Source of the DNA: a virus
IMG/VR virus record: IMGVR_UViG_3300028840_003497
Span: 64,001 to 128,000 of that record
Length of the DNA stretch: 64,000 nucleotides
Strand: one strand, 5' to 3'
In this document: positions 1 to 10,057 of the stretch, one piece after another
Numbering within the stretch: the stretch's first letter is position 1
Layout: every line of letters starts with the position of its first letter
Program-made: the position numbers and the translations under genes
The notes under the pieces: model-generated
The model's database searches: none
The model's input: the letters and a program-made list of their open reading frames with translations, nothing else
Told to the model about the DNA's origin: nothing

Positions 1-146
1 CCGACTCCAATGGTCAGCGTCAGGATAACACCTAACGATATCAACAATGAAGTCGCTGTAAGAACAACCCCCAGCGATATAACCACCATTGCCCTTGCTC
101 CTTCAGCCTTCTTGTTTTCCTGTTCTCGTTCTTGCTCTTCATTCAT

Positions 147-410
147 CTAGTCCTCCTTTATTATTGCAGACATTTCCAGTTTTATTCGTGACTTCTTCTC
201 CCGGTACACCACCTCGATCAGATCGCGGTGAATCACCTCGTCTCCGTCCAATTTTGAGGACGCATGCGCGTAGTACTTTAGCTGTCCCAGCTTCTGCCGG
301 TCGGACAGGATTGCCAGCGCCCCACGGATCGACGCCGTGTTCCAGTTGTGAACCTTCTCTGAAACCACCGGAGCCTCATCCGACCCTATCTTAAAATTAG
401 ATCCGACCAT
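147..410 (-). CDS. hypothetical phage protein
   Basis: 87-aa ORF with AGGAAGGA RBS, in the tightly packed minus-strand gene run. Confidence 0.6.
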   Translation of the reverse strand: MVGSNFKIGSDEAPVVSEKVHNWNTASIRGALAILSDRQKLGQLKYYAHASSKLDGDEVIHRDLIEVVYREKKSRIKLEMSAIIKED

Positions 411-514
411 GTCATCCTTCCTTTACAACTCTAGACTGACGATGCTTCCGCCACTTCTCGAACGCCTCCAGAAGACCAACATCACTGGGTCGCAGATCAA
501 AAAGACCATTCGTT

Positions 515-721
515 TCATCGAACTCGATTTCGGAACCAGTAATCTTCCGTGCCGTGCTTCTTCGTAAACCCACGATGGTACATCAGTCCACACCCAGGGC
601 AATGATATGTGTTGTACGCAGCAACTAGCCGGTTGGGGATCTTCGTAAAGCCGCGCAGGGTGTACTCGCACGATACATCCCCGTCGATCCACTCCATCTT
701 GCCGCCGCACTTACACTTCAC
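515..721 (-). CDS. small zinc-ribbon protein
   Basis: CKCGG...CPGCG; start overlaps the upstream stop. Confidence 0.55.
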   Translation of the reverse strand: MKCKCGGKMEWIDGDVSCEYTLRGFTKIPNRLVAAYNTYHCPGCGLMYHRGFTKKHGTEDYWFRNRVR

Positions 722-939
722 CCCGAAATCCCGCGCAGGATGATGTCATTTTTCGTGATCTTGCGGACCCTGAACCTGCCGCCATTCACCTCGACGATCT
801 GATTGACACGAAATAGTGCCACGCCCTTGCGGACCGCCGTCCCGTTCCCATGGACCACGCCTTCGACTTCACCCTTTTTCAGCTTATCGTAGATCTCCTG
901 GTTGATCATCTCCATACGACCCGTCTCCGGATTCTGCAT
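718..939 (-). CDS. hypothetical protein, paralog of 3353..3595
   Basis: GGAGG RBS; shared pattern MQN.T...FRV...E..G..FRV..I.K.DI.LR. Confidence 0.7.
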   Translation of the reverse strand: MQNPETGRMEMINQEIYDKLKKGEVEGVVHGNGTAVRKGVALFRVNQIVEVNGGRFRVRKITKNDIILRGISG

Positions 940-1525
940 TTATCTCCTCCTTATGTATCCATCCCCAGACCTTTTTGGCCCAGCGTTTTCCCTTCCAACG
1001 GCGGACATGAAACCCGCTCACGGACCCCGGCTGAAACTCCACCCGATCAATGGTGCTGAAATAATGACAGTGCGAGTTCTCCTCGATCGTCTTCCGCATT
1101 GAAATCATAAACCCAGCCGTCCCCTCCACCAGCAATGGTGGACCTACCCAGTAGCATTCTTTGCCCCTTAGACGGTACGACAGCGCCCTCACATGCCTCG
1201 CGTAAGTCTTCGGCGGAGTTCGGCACGAGTTCATCCCCAGGGACACCACAACGGCATCCACGCGGCTCTCCGCGAGGTACATCTCGAAGTCGGCATCCTT
1301 GGCCCAGGAACTTGCACGACCACCAATAGTTGCCTTGGTCGTGACGTGCGCCCCGGCATCCTCGAATCTCTTCCGAAGCCCCATCTCCAGACCCGATCCC
1401 TCTCCAACGAGAGAATCGCCCAGGATTAGGATGTCCTCGTTTTTCCACCGGGAAACGTCTCCTGCCAACGCAATGCTGACCGCCAGCATTATCGCCACGC
1501 ACATTACCATACTCAACCGCGTCAT
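884..1525 (-). CDS. secreted SGNH/GDSL-family hydrolase
   Basis: N-terminal signal peptide; block I ILGDSL, block III SLGMN, C-terminal GFH. Confidence 0.75.
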   Translation of the reverse strand: MTRLSMVMCVAIMLAVSIALAGDVSRWKNEDILILGDSLVGEGSGLEMGLRKRFEDAGAHVTTKATIGGRASSWAKDADFEMYLAESRVDAVVVSLGMNSCRTPPKTYARHVRALSYRLRGKECYWVGPPLLVEGTAGFMISMRKTIEENSHCHYFSTIDRVEFQPGSVSGFHVRRWKGKRWAKKVWGWIHKEEINAESGDGSYGDDQPGDLR

Positions 1526-1540
1526 CTCAACACCTCTCTC

Positions 1541-1786
1541 TCAGTACCTAGCGTTTTGCCGTCGAATCATATCGGCCCACGGCTCGTCGTAGAGCACCTT
1601 CTCGATCTCGGCGAGACGCTCCTCGATCGACAGCGCAGCCAACCCGGCAAGATGCATTCTTTTTTCCTTGTCCGCCTTCTCGGCTCGGCACTGGCCACAC
1701 ACCGATGGAGGCGGATAACCAGATCCCACTGGCTCATACTTTGTCTTCCCACACTCCAAGCAGGTTATTTGCACAATCATTGCCAT
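1541..1786 (-). CDS. zinc-finger hypothetical protein
   Basis: CLECG...CGQC; GAGGA RBS. Confidence 0.6.
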   Translation of the reverse strand: MAMIVQITCLECGKTKYEPVGSGYPPPSVCGQCRAEKADKEKRMHLAGLAALSIEERLAEIEKVLYDEPWADMIRRQNARY

Positions 1787-1801
1787 CTCAATCCTCCTCT
1801 T

Positions 1802-1817
1802 GCGAACTTGAGTTCGC
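1802..1817. promoter_or_regulatory. 16-bp palindrome copy 1 (GCGAACTTGAGTTCGC)
   Basis: Intergenic; one of six near-identical copies. Confidence 0.8.
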
Positions 1818-1855
1818 GTTCACTATCGAAGTGGTGGCCCCAAGACAAAAGAAGG

Positions 1856-2527
1856 TTACTTACGAACCGGCTTGTCGAGCTTCTTTCGGCCAACTCCTCC
1901 ACACTCCTCACAAGGCACACCCTTTTCAAAACCACGCGTCTCGCACTTCGTACAGTCCTCGTGCGTAGCCATGATCCCGTGACGCAACATATAGGCCGCA
2001 AGATCACCGGCCATCTCTTCTATCACGGCCTCCTGCTTGAGAATCTTATCCGTCAGACCGACTTGCTCCGCATCTAGCCGTTGGCTATTCTCGACCTCCT
2101 CCTGGATCCGGTTCCCGAACTCGTGCTTGGCATCCATCCAATCAGCGACGTGAGCCTCAGCCTTGCGCTCTGCAAAGTCCAGCCTCTTCTCCAAATCATA
2201 AATCCTGTCCCGGCGCTCCTCGGCAATCTGCAGGGCATCATCACGGCGCTTCCGGACGATCTCAAGTTCGTTAAGCACCTCAAAATACCTCTTCACGAAA
2301 CCATCCAAATGCTCGGCAGACTTCAAATCAACACGCACTCCTTCGGAGGTCTGGTTGTCTCCAAAGCAGTACACGTTAAAAAACTCTTCAATAAAACCAA
2401 GGTTTCCTGTAGCTACTTCATCCCGTAACTGCCTAAGATGTCCAAGAAGTTCATCGAGAACAAACCTGTTCTCGCTGCTCAATCTCATGTTCCTAATCGA
2501 ATTCTCAATATTGATACGCATGTTCAT
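1856..2527 (-). CDS. coiled-coil protein with C-terminal CxxCxxxG/CxxCxGxG zinc finger
   Basis: CTKCETRG...CEECGGVG; GGAGG RBS. Confidence 0.6.
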   Translation of the reverse strand: MNMRINIENSIRNMRLSSENRFVLDELLGHLRQLRDEVATGNLGFIEEFFNVYCFGDNQTSEGVRVDLKSAEHLDGFVKRYFEVLNELEIVRKRRDDALQIAEERRDRIYDLEKRLDFAERKAEAHVADWMDAKHEFGNRIQEEVENSQRLDAEQVGLTDKILKQEAVIEEMAGDLAAYMLRHGIMATHEDCTKCETRGFEKGVPCEECGGVGRKKLDKPVRK

Positions 2528-2535
2528 GTTTCCTC

Positions 2536-3348
2536 CTACAAGTACTTCTTCAGCATCTCCACAACTATCTTGGAAACATTGAGGACGTACTTTTTGTCAT
2601 TCTTTTCTAGGGCCTGGAGCGCGTCCCGATGATCCTTGAGAAAGTCCCCCCGAGCATCATCAATGAAGAACCTGATATACTCCCCCAACTGTGACGGTTT
2701 ATCAATCTCCCCCTCCTTGGAAAATATGCCCTGCAGCCTCTCATCGGTCAGGTAGGACTCGAACTCATCACGGACAACCTGGACCTCGGGAGCAATTTCC
2801 ACCGGAGGTTTCTTTGCCTTGGCTTGCTGTTTTTCCTTAAAGTCCTCGCCCTTCTTCTTGATCATAAAGACCGACCCCTGCTCGGTGGAGAACATCTTGT
2901 GCAGTGGCTTAATCACCACGCCTTCGCACAGGTTCTTCCCAGCCTGAACATCACTTGGCCCCTCCCGAGAATCAAAAGCAATGTCAAACTCCATCGCCTC
3001 CTCCAAACCATCGACCGTCGCCATGATTGGAACAAGAAACTTCTCCAACCCCAGAATTTTCATGATCTCGATCATGTCGCCTGATGGCTGCATCTCCTCG
3101 TCCTTGCAGAGATCATAAAACAGGATCCTTTTCTCGGGACCGTAATCAACACCCTTCTGGACACCAGCACCGAACAACTCCCCGTACAAATGGTAGGTCG
3201 CATCGTCGAAGACCGCCTTGTCACTCCAGGTCCTAATCAAATTCTTGTAATCATCTCTTCCCAGGATGCCACGGGACGGGATTACGCTGCTCCTAATCCC
3301 CTCCCATTTATAGATGGAGTCTTTAATTGCTTCTGTTTCTTTTGACAT
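2536..3348 (-). CDS. Rnl2-family RNA ligase, N-terminally truncated or chimeric
   Basis: Motifs III (LYGELFG), VQKGVDY, IIIa (FYDL), IV (EGVVIKP), V (IKKK) and the C-terminal Rnl2 domain (YLTDERL..IFSKEG) present; motif I KxHGxN absent. Confidence 0.75.
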   Translation of the reverse strand: MSKETEAIKDSIYKWEGIRSSVIPSRGILGRDDYKNLIRTWSDKAVFDDATYHLYGELFGAGVQKGVDYGPEKRILFYDLCKDEEMQPSGDMIEIMKILGLEKFLVPIMATVDGLEEAMEFDIAFDSREGPSDVQAGKNLCEGVVIKPLHKMFSTEQGSVFMIKKKGEDFKEKQQAKAKKPPVEIAPEVQVVRDEFESYLTDERLQGIFSKEGEIDKPSQLGEYIRFFIDDARGDFLKDHRDALQALEKNDKKYVLNVSKIVVEMLKKYL

Positions 3349-3352
3349 TATT

Positions 3353-3595
3353 CTACCTCTCCTTTTTTTTAACCCTTCTCAAAACAATGTCCTTCTTTTT
3401 TATCCTGTGGACGCGAAACAGGCTCCCTTTTAATTCAATCTCTTCTCCAACTCGAAAAGTCACTGTCCCTGCTGGAATTTTTGACACGTCACTGAAAAAA
3501 GCACCTCTTGCATATTGCCCTTCTTGCAGCTTTTCGATTTGGTTGTACAAATCTTCTGATATTCCTTCGAAATTTTTCGTTTTATGATTCTGCAT
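3353..3595 (-). CDS. hypothetical protein, paralog of 718..939
   Basis: Visible alignment to 718..939. Confidence 0.65.
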   Translation of the reverse strand: MQNHKTKNFEGISEDLYNQIEKLQEGQYARGAFFSDVSKIPAGTVTFRVGEEIELKGSLFRVHRIKKKDIVLRRVKKKER

Positions 3596-4305
3596 TTTCT
3601 CTCTCCTTATTCCGTCTTATTGTATAAAACTTCCCACCAAGACACATATCAATACCTGTCTTAGCTTTGTATTCTATTTCTTGTCTATGACACCAACTGC
3701 AAAAAATCGAAGTGGCCACAAAACCTACCAAAATACCAATTACAAAACATTCAACCATCATACACTCTCCAACTTCTCTTCATACCAAGGTCCCTAAACC
3801 TCACCGCATTCACTACATCGCGGCCAACCGTCATAACCCGCATGAACGTCGTCCCCAGACTGAACGGTGTCTGTCGAAAAGCACCTGGGACACTGCTTAT
3901 AGGTATCTATCGCCTCTTTGTGCGGCATCTTGTCTATCTTCTTTTCCAGGCACATGTGTTCCCTGTTAGCGTCCTCCTTGTTGTCAAAGAATTTGGTACC
4001 CGCTTTCAATCTACTTTTATACCAAAACAGATTCCCTTCCTTAACAAAGAAATCCTCACACGCCTCCTCAAATGTCCTAGCAACTTGTTTGCCGTGGAGT
4101 CTTGCTGAGCCTGACTTGCCACAACCGGCAAAGTTATAGCTTTCCTGCCAAATCTCGAAAGTTGGCCACTCCTCGGCGCTTAACGCTTTTTGCTCCTGTA
4201 GAGCGGCACGCAGATCAGCCTTCAGTTTTTCGACTTTAGTATTAACTCCTCGAAGTCGAGGAGATTCTTTGATTTCTTTTCTACCTGTTCTACTTACCAT
4301 CAACA

Positions 4306-4533
4306 TCACCCATCTGCACGATCCACGAAAGATTTTGAATTGCATCGTCGACAATCGTTCACAAACCTCCGCATCCAATAATGCGACAATCGTTTCGCCT
4401 TCTTGGGATCATTCGTATAGCCCCAGTCAACACCCCCCTCACCCGGAATCTCAGAAACATAATGAATACTATTATCCCCCAAGAACCTGCTGCAAATATA
4501 ACTATCCACTCTTGTTTTCATCGCTTCCTCCAT
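4306..4533 (-). CDS. hypothetical phage protein
   Basis: ORF in a coupled gene run. Confidence 0.5.
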   Translation of the reverse strand: MEEAMKTRVDSYICSRFLGDNSIHYVSEIPGEGGVDWGYTNDPKKAKRLSHYWMRRFVNDCRRCNSKSFVDRADG

Positions 4534-4745
4534 TTAAGAATGATGTCGCAGGACTCCTCGGGGGTTCCCACATCCCGCACATTCAGTGGCCACAACTCCC
4601 GACACTCGCTCGATGTACCGTCGCCGTTGTCCAGCCACACCTCCGTGTCATCACCCATCCCATTCACCTCGGGCAGATCCTTGACCCACTTTTTGAGCTG
4701 GCGAACTGTAATACAACCGTCAACCTTCAGAAATTCAGGCAACAT
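4518..4745 (-). CDS. hypothetical phage protein
   Basis: GGAG RBS; TVRQLKKWVKDLPE pattern typical of small phage ORFs. Confidence 0.6.
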   Translation of the reverse strand: MLPEFLKVDGCITVRQLKKWVKDLPEVNGMGDDTEVWLDNGDGTSSECRELWPLNVRDVGTPEESCDIILKWRKR

Positions 4746-5073
4746 TCACTCCCTCTTTATTGTCGCTTTCCTTTTCCTTGTCACTATCCAGAGCAAGCTG
4801 CGCGATACACACTTGCATCATGGCGCATGGCTCGCAAACTGTTACTGTCACCGGTTCCATCAGCGGCATCGTCATCTCCTCATCTGTACCCATGACGCTG
4901 GCAATCGCACTACTGCCAAGCAGTGCAGCCAGCCCGTCTTGACGTTGGATCACGTCGGATTTTAATCCGTGACGTTCTATGCGTACTGTCCAGAACATCG
5001 GCAGTCCCGTATGTCCAATTCTCTTCTTACATACTCCACACTGTGCATGTTTCCGTAGTTCTTTTTCTTTCAT
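4735..5073 (-). CDS. Cys-rich hypothetical protein
   Basis: CGVC...CEPC; GGAGG RBS. Confidence 0.65.
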   Translation of the reverse strand: MKEKELRKHAQCGVCKKRIGHTGLPMFWTVRIERHGLKSDVIQRQDGLAALLGSSAIASVMGTDEEMTMPLMEPVTVTVCEPCAMMQVCIAQLALDSDKEKESDNKEGVNVA

Positions 5074-5358
5074 TTTCCCCTCCCCGTGGTTTTCAATGTT
5101 GCATTTGTGATTACTTGCTACAGTCCTCTGTTAGCCCTGCCACACACTGCTATTCCCCTCGCCCAAAGATCGCCTTGATCTCTCGCCTCCGTCTCCGCAT
5201 ACGGCGACCACATGCTTTCCGGTCCAAGCACTCGCACGGCTTCCCGTGATGTATGACAGCCTCAATGTTCAGCAAAACTTCTGGATATTTACTACCACAC
5301 CGAGCACACTTCTTTCCTGCATGCACCTCGGACTTGCAAAGATTTTCATTGGACCCCA

Positions 5359-5730
5359 TCAGATGTCCACATTCGCCAGAAGGCACATCAGCGTATCCTT
5401 CACGTGAACTTCGGCAACATTGCCTGCATACGTGGCGACCTTATCCCGCAGGTCCTGCATGGCCTCTCGGTATCGCTCGATAGTCTTTAGCAACTTGTCG
5501 TTTTCTTTTTCCAGTTCCAAGAACGCATCTGCCAACGGCTCGAAATCATCATAGGCATCACCAATATTATCCCACAACTGCGCATACTTACTGGTACAGT
5601 CAAACTGATCACGGACCACGTCATCATCCCAATCGTCTTCGATTTCCTCTGGATAGTCCTCGCGCAGACCTTGGACATAATCCGCATCTACTAACTTCGG
5701 ATACCAAAATTCTTTTTTATACTTTGACAT
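5359..5730 (-). CDS. hypothetical phage protein
   Basis: Coupled (TAATG) to the upstream ORF. Confidence 0.6.
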   Translation of the reverse strand: MSKYKKEFWYPKLVDADYVQGLREDYPEEIEDDWDDDVVRDQFDCTSKYAQLWDNIGDAYDDFEPLADAFLELEKENDKLLKTIERYREAMQDLRDKVATYAGNVAEVHVKDTLMCLLANVDI

Positions 5731-6398
5731 TACTTACCTTTCGCAATTGCAAGATCGGCTCGCAGGTTATTGACCGCGTTCTCTACATGCATAACCGCAT
5801 GCACATAGCTCTTGTCCTCCCATTCAAACAAATCAGCCAGTACCCTCACTAATTCGTTCCTCTGCTTCTCGATCTCCCCCCAGGACTCAGCAACCTCTCT
5901 CAAGTGATCCGCAACATACTGTGAACCCTTCCCTCGCATGAAAGCCTGCAGCCCAGCCACATCCATACAGCGCCGTAACCGCTCCACCTCTGCCTCCAGC
6001 CCCGCCACCTCACGCTTTGTAGCGTGGATCTCGTAGTCCATACAGACCGTCGCCGAGCGCCCCTTGCAGAACGGGTTCTTGTCAGTATTTTCATGCTTAC
6101 ACGTTGCACACAGGAACTTTTCAGCCCTCTCTCGGTCCTCGTCCTCCTCAACAGCAGCGACAAACTCATCCTTAGAGACCTGCTTTGGACCGTCCCCCGT
6201 TTCCACGATATGCATCAGAGGCTTGTCGGTAGAGACCCCCTTCATCATGCACGACTCACACTGGAGCGGATCCCCTTCGTTACCGTAGAAGTCGAACGAC
6301 GGAATACACCTGGTAACAATGCCACAATCGGCACACTTACACATCTGGTGCCGCAGATCTCCTGTCCTGTGTGTAAAAATCTTCTCCTCGCTCATCAT
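5730..6398 (-). CDS. Cys-rich/coiled-coil hypothetical protein
   Basis: Several CxxC pairs; LEAEVERL module. Confidence 0.6.
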   Translation of the reverse strand: MMSEEKIFTHRTGDLRHQMCKCADCGIVTRCIPSFDFYGNEGDPLQCESCMMKGVSTDKPLMHIVETGDGPKQVSKDEFVAAVEEDEDRERAEKFLCATCKHENTDKNPFCKGRSATVCMDYEIHATKREVAGLEAEVERLRRCMDVAGLQAFMRGKGSQYVADHLREVAESWGEIEKQRNELVRVLADLFEWEDKSYVHAVMHVENAVNNLRADLAIAKGK

Positions 6399-6468
6399 CT
6401 GCCTCCGTAAATCAGCTCACAAACCTTCGCGCACTTCGCCACACCGCACCAGCATCTAATCCTCCGCG

Positions 6469-6912
6469 TCAAAAACCCTCCGACCTAATGGCACCCATCA
6501 AATCCTCGATACGGATCCTCTTCTCATTCAAATAGGCCAGCGCACTCACCTTCGCTGATTCGTAAGTCTTGAAGATATGAATATAATCCATGTAGATCCG
6601 CTCCTGAGCATCCATTGACGCCTTCGCCTGCATCGGAACCGTAACCAAAAGATCGGCGTTCCATGAGCGCGCCATCGACTCGTACTCCTTCACCCGATCC
6701 TCAATCTCCTTCCGGATCTTTTCAAGATGCTCTTCGACGCACTCACTGTCGGGCACACTGATCTGCGAGGACGGCACAAAGACAGGCCCCTGCGGAACCC
6801 TCGACACCAGCCGGTACTTGCAAATTACCACCGTCGGCTCGGGCCATCCTCTCACCCTGCGATTCACCACAAACACAATATCGCCAACCTTCAACTCTTC
6901 TTTCCAACTCAT
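6469..6912 (-). CDS. hypothetical phage protein
   Basis: GGAGG RBS; LKVGDIVFV start. Confidence 0.6.
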   Translation of the reverse strand: MSWKEELKVGDIVFVVNRRVRGWPEPTVVICKYRLVSRVPQGPVFVPSSQISVPDSECVEEHLEKIRKEIEDRVKEYESMARSWNADLLVTVPMQAKASMDAQERIYMDYIHIFKTYESAKVSALAYLNEKRIRIEDLMGAIRSEGF

Positions 6913-7028
6913 TCTGCAACCTCCAACACCAACAACATTGCTCCATCTTAGAGCCGTTCATCAACACGATCTTTTTTTTCAGCCCAAACATCCCCTTCTG
7001 GCAGACCCAATTAACAAAAACACTGGTT

Positions 7029-7526
7029 TCAGCCACCTGGGTTTTGTTGTGGTGGCGGAAGTCCCAGGAGGTCTCTTCCTCTTTGCACGAGGTACGCCCT
7101 GACAGACTGAGGCATTGTTCCGTCGGGATAGACCAAGTGATTCTGCTTAATGGTAAGAAGTACTCCACTCTCTAGATTTCTTGGTACGCGCGCAGCTTCC
7201 ATCCAAAGGCCCGGCGCGAACCAGATCATATCCCAGGGGTCCTTCTCGTCCCCCGCATCCACCAGGATCTCCCGGGGCACAGAGGGCCACGCAGAGACCG
7301 CCCGCGCCACCACAGGATCGGTCAACAGATTGACCTGCATCAGGCTCCCTCCGTGCTCGCTCTTGAGCACAGCCACAGCCTCCTTGAAGGCAGCCTCAGC
7401 CCGGTCCCTAATCTCCTTGAGATACTCGGGATCTACTTCAATATCTTCTTCTTCCACCGTGTTGTTTTCCGCAACTTTAGGATCTTCCATTATGCCCTCC
7501 ACCACCATCTTGATGGCGTTCGTCAA
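7029..7526 (-). CDS. hypothetical protein
   Basis: 165-aa ORF immediately downstream of the MTase. Confidence 0.55.
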   Translation of the reverse strand: MTNAIKMVVEGIMEDPKVAENNTVEEEDIEVDPEYLKEIRDRAEAAFKEAVAVLKSEHGGSLMQVNLLTDPVVARAVSAWPSVPREILVDAGDEKDPWDMIWFAPGLWMEAARVPRNLESGVLLTIKQNHLVYPDGTMPQSVRAYLVQRGRDLLGLPPPQQNPGG

Positions 7527-7532
7527 CAGGCT

Positions 7533-9902
7533 CTATTTCTCGGGTTTCCTCGTCTTCGGCTTGCCGGTGTCCTTGTCCTGATCTAATGCAAGATCCACCC
7601 ACTGAGCACTGTCCCCCTCGCGGATCGGGCTCACGCTTGTCAGATCAAAATACCTCTGGCAAATAACGTCACAGTATCTGGGATCCATCTCAGATCCAAA
7701 ACCGCGCCTCCCTGTGCGCTCTGCCGCAATGATCGTCGTGCCACTACCCATAAATGAATCCAGCACAATATCGTCCCGCAAGGAGCTGTTTTTGATCGCC
7801 CGCTCGACCAACTCGATGGGCTTCATGGTATTATGGGACATGCCAATCGCTGTCTGAAACGTATGACATCCTTCAACAACCAAGTTGCACACAACACCAT
7901 TATATGGAGATTTCTCGACGCTCATGATACGCCGCGTGAAACACTCCACACCATCGTATTCGAAGAAATGATACGCTGGACACTTGCTCCGCTGAGGCGA
8001 AACAAAAACAACATAGCAAGGCAGCGTCTCTTTAAAAATCCTATCACCAATTCCAGCCCCAGGAGGAGCATTGTGAATATTTGTCGTCGTCCTGAAACCG
8101 AGAGACTCTGCCAACATAGCCACCTGAGCCGCAAGGAAAGGAGACACTGTCTTGCACACACGGTAGTGCCGTATATTGCTCCCGTCTCCAGCCATATACC
8201 CATCCAACATCGCAGATCGAGTCTCCTCCGACCACTGGTCAAAGCGAGGGAACATCTTATTTGCTGCCCCACGCCCGCACATTTTCTCAAGACGATCCCC
8301 CCAATCACTGTCGAAGAAAACAACATTCATCCCATTGCCGTGATTGTCATACACGGAGGCCTTCGCCTTAAATGCCAACTCCAATAACTTCACCAGATGA
8401 CCCTCTTTGACATGCAACGAAAAACGAGGAAACTGCTTCTTCCCGTTCCCAGCCTTTAGGAATGATCCTTCTGCAGCAAATAATCCTATGGCCCAAGCTT
8501 CATCAACAGAAGGGCTACGCCCAACACCGCACTCTAGTTTCGGCGTCAAAACATAGTCTCCAGCCAGAAGATCCGAAGCCTCAACAAATCTCGGATCATC
8601 ATACTGCCCACTCCCTACACGCCTACGAATCAGGAATGGGTGATTATGTGTTGCCGAAACCGACAAGGAAGACCCAGAAACCGAGATATGAAAAATATCC
8701 TCTTTATACTCGTGCACCGTCACATTCTTTACAGAATGAAACTTGCCATCGTGACCAAACACAGAATCACCAATGCCAACGTCAGATATCGGCTGATATC
8801 CCTTGTCTGTTACAATCATGCTATCCGGAGAGAGACACGGATGTAAATCGTTCTTTCTCGGCTTGTCGTAATTCCAAACGTCCGCCTGATCCCGATCCCC
8901 ACACCAGTGTCGATCCGTAGCTCCCTCTCTCCATCCGTACAAGATCGGCTCGTACTGCCGCTGATAGTCCGAGCGACCTATCGTAAATGTATTCTTGGCC
9001 CAGATGATGAACGTGGACCAGTGTCCACCGGCCTCTCGGAACGTTCCCTGCAAAGTATCCAGCTCCGACGAAGACATGCAAATATAGATCGCGCCTTCAC
9101 AGACCGGCAACATCGCCTGCATAGTCTTCAGCAAGAACGGACGGAATTCCTCACCGAGATCGTCATTCTCGATCTCCCGATGATTCCCGCGCAGTTTATC
9201 CTTCATTGTCTTGCCATAGGCCACGTTATACGGAGGATCCGTGAAAATCATCTTGGCAGCCTCTCCATCCATAACCTTGTCAATCACCGCGCGGTCCGTC
9301 GAGTCTCCACAAATCAACCTGTGAGGCCCCATCTTCCAAACGTCTCCCAGGCTCGTGATAGCAGGGACTGTGTCCGGGTCCGGAGGATCTGGCGGCTCTG
9401 CGCCCCCCTCACCCTGGCCGTCCTTGTACTCGGAGATTAACCATTCGACCTCCTCGCGCTCGAACCCGATCCCAGCAATGGCCTCGTCACCCTCTTTCAA
9501 CATGGCTTGCAAGTGAACCGCCAAAGCATCGTCGTCCCACTCCGACACAATCTCACCTAAGCGGTTGTCAGAGATATTGAACCCGGCAGCCGTCACGTTG
9601 TCATCATCGGCCCAGATCACCGGAATATGCATCAGACCAATGTCCTGACAAGCATACAAACGCTGATGCCCCGCCTCAATAATCCCGGTCCTTTTGTTAA
9701 CCAAAATAGGCCAACGAACTCCAAACCTCTGAATCCCGGCAACCAGCGTCTCCAACGACACAGTCTTCCGGGGATTCGACGGATCAGGCTTCACTTCGCC
9801 AATCGGCTTAAGCAACGGAATCAAATCCGGAAGCACTTCAATGTCACGCTTTGCACCCTTCAAATAAAAACGCTCTCCGCGCTTATCATACGGTTCACCC
9901 AT
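7533..9902 (-). CDS. ParB/Srx-N-domain + N6/N4 DNA methyltransferase, intein-containing
   Basis: NPRK/PILV/AGHQR ParB motifs; TDPPY; HP|TMKP; DSFMGSGTT. Confidence 0.92.
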   Translation of the reverse strand: MGEPYDKRGERFYLKGAKRDIEVLPDLIPLLKPIGEVKPDPSNPRKTVSLETLVAGIQRFGVRWPILVNKRTGIIEAGHQRLYACQDIGLMHIPVIWADDDNVTAAGFNISDNRLGEIVSEWDDDALAVHLQAMLKEGDEAIAGIGFEREEVEWLISEYKDGQGEGGAEPPDPPDPDTVPAITSLGDVWKMGPHRLICGDSTDRAVIDKVMDGEAAKMIFTDPPYNVAYGKTMKDKLRGNHREIENDDLGEEFRPFLLKTMQAMLPVCEGAIYICMSSSELDTLQGTFREAGGHWSTFIIWAKNTFTIGRSDYQRQYEPILYGWREGATDRHWCGDRDQADVWNYDKPRKNDLHPCLSPDSMIVTDKGYQPISDVGIGDSVFGHDGKFHSVKNVTVHEYKEDIFHISVSGSSLSVSATHNHPFLIRRRVGSGQYDDPRFVEASDLLAGDYVLTPKLECGVGRSPSVDEAWAIGLFAAEGSFLKAGNGKKQFPRFSLHVKEGHLVKLLELAFKAKASVYDNHGNGMNVVFFDSDWGDRLEKMCGRGAANKMFPRFDQWSEETRSAMLDGYMAGDGSNIRHYRVCKTVSPFLAAQVAMLAESLGFRTTTNIHNAPPGAGIGDRIFKETLPCYVVFVSPQRSKCPAYHFFEYDGVECFTRRIMSVEKSPYNGVVCNLVVEGCHTFQTAIGMSHNTMKPIELVERAIKNSSLRDDIVLDSFMGSGTTIIAAERTGRRGFGSEMDPRYCDVICQRYFDLTSVSPIREGDSAQWVDLALDQDKDTGKPKTRKPEK
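7830..8837 (-). mobile_element. intein (336 aa) with LAGLIDADG endonuclease in the MTase
   Basis: CLSPDS start, ATHNHPF block B, GLFAAEG and GYMAGDG, SHN|T end. Confidence 0.92.
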
Positions 9903-9985
9903 TATGTTCTCCTGTTATTAGAGGGGGGAAGGAACTCAAAAAAAACACAACATAAATCAACATTCAACAATCTCCAGCTTGGAAG

Positions 9986-10014
9986 ACGTTACGCTTCCAC
10001 CGCGCATTTGTCAA
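9986..10014 (-). promoter_or_regulatory. sigma70-type promoter
   Basis: TTGACA-17-TAACGT upstream of the MTase. Confidence 0.7.
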
Positions 10015-10035
10015 CAAGAATCAAAAAATGAAGAT

Positions 10036-10051
10036 GCGAACTCAAGTTCGT
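10036..10051. promoter_or_regulatory. 16-bp palindrome copy 2
   Basis: GCGAACTCAAGTTCGT, about 20 nt upstream of a -35 box. Confidence 0.75.
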
Positions 10052-10057
10052 CGCTCA

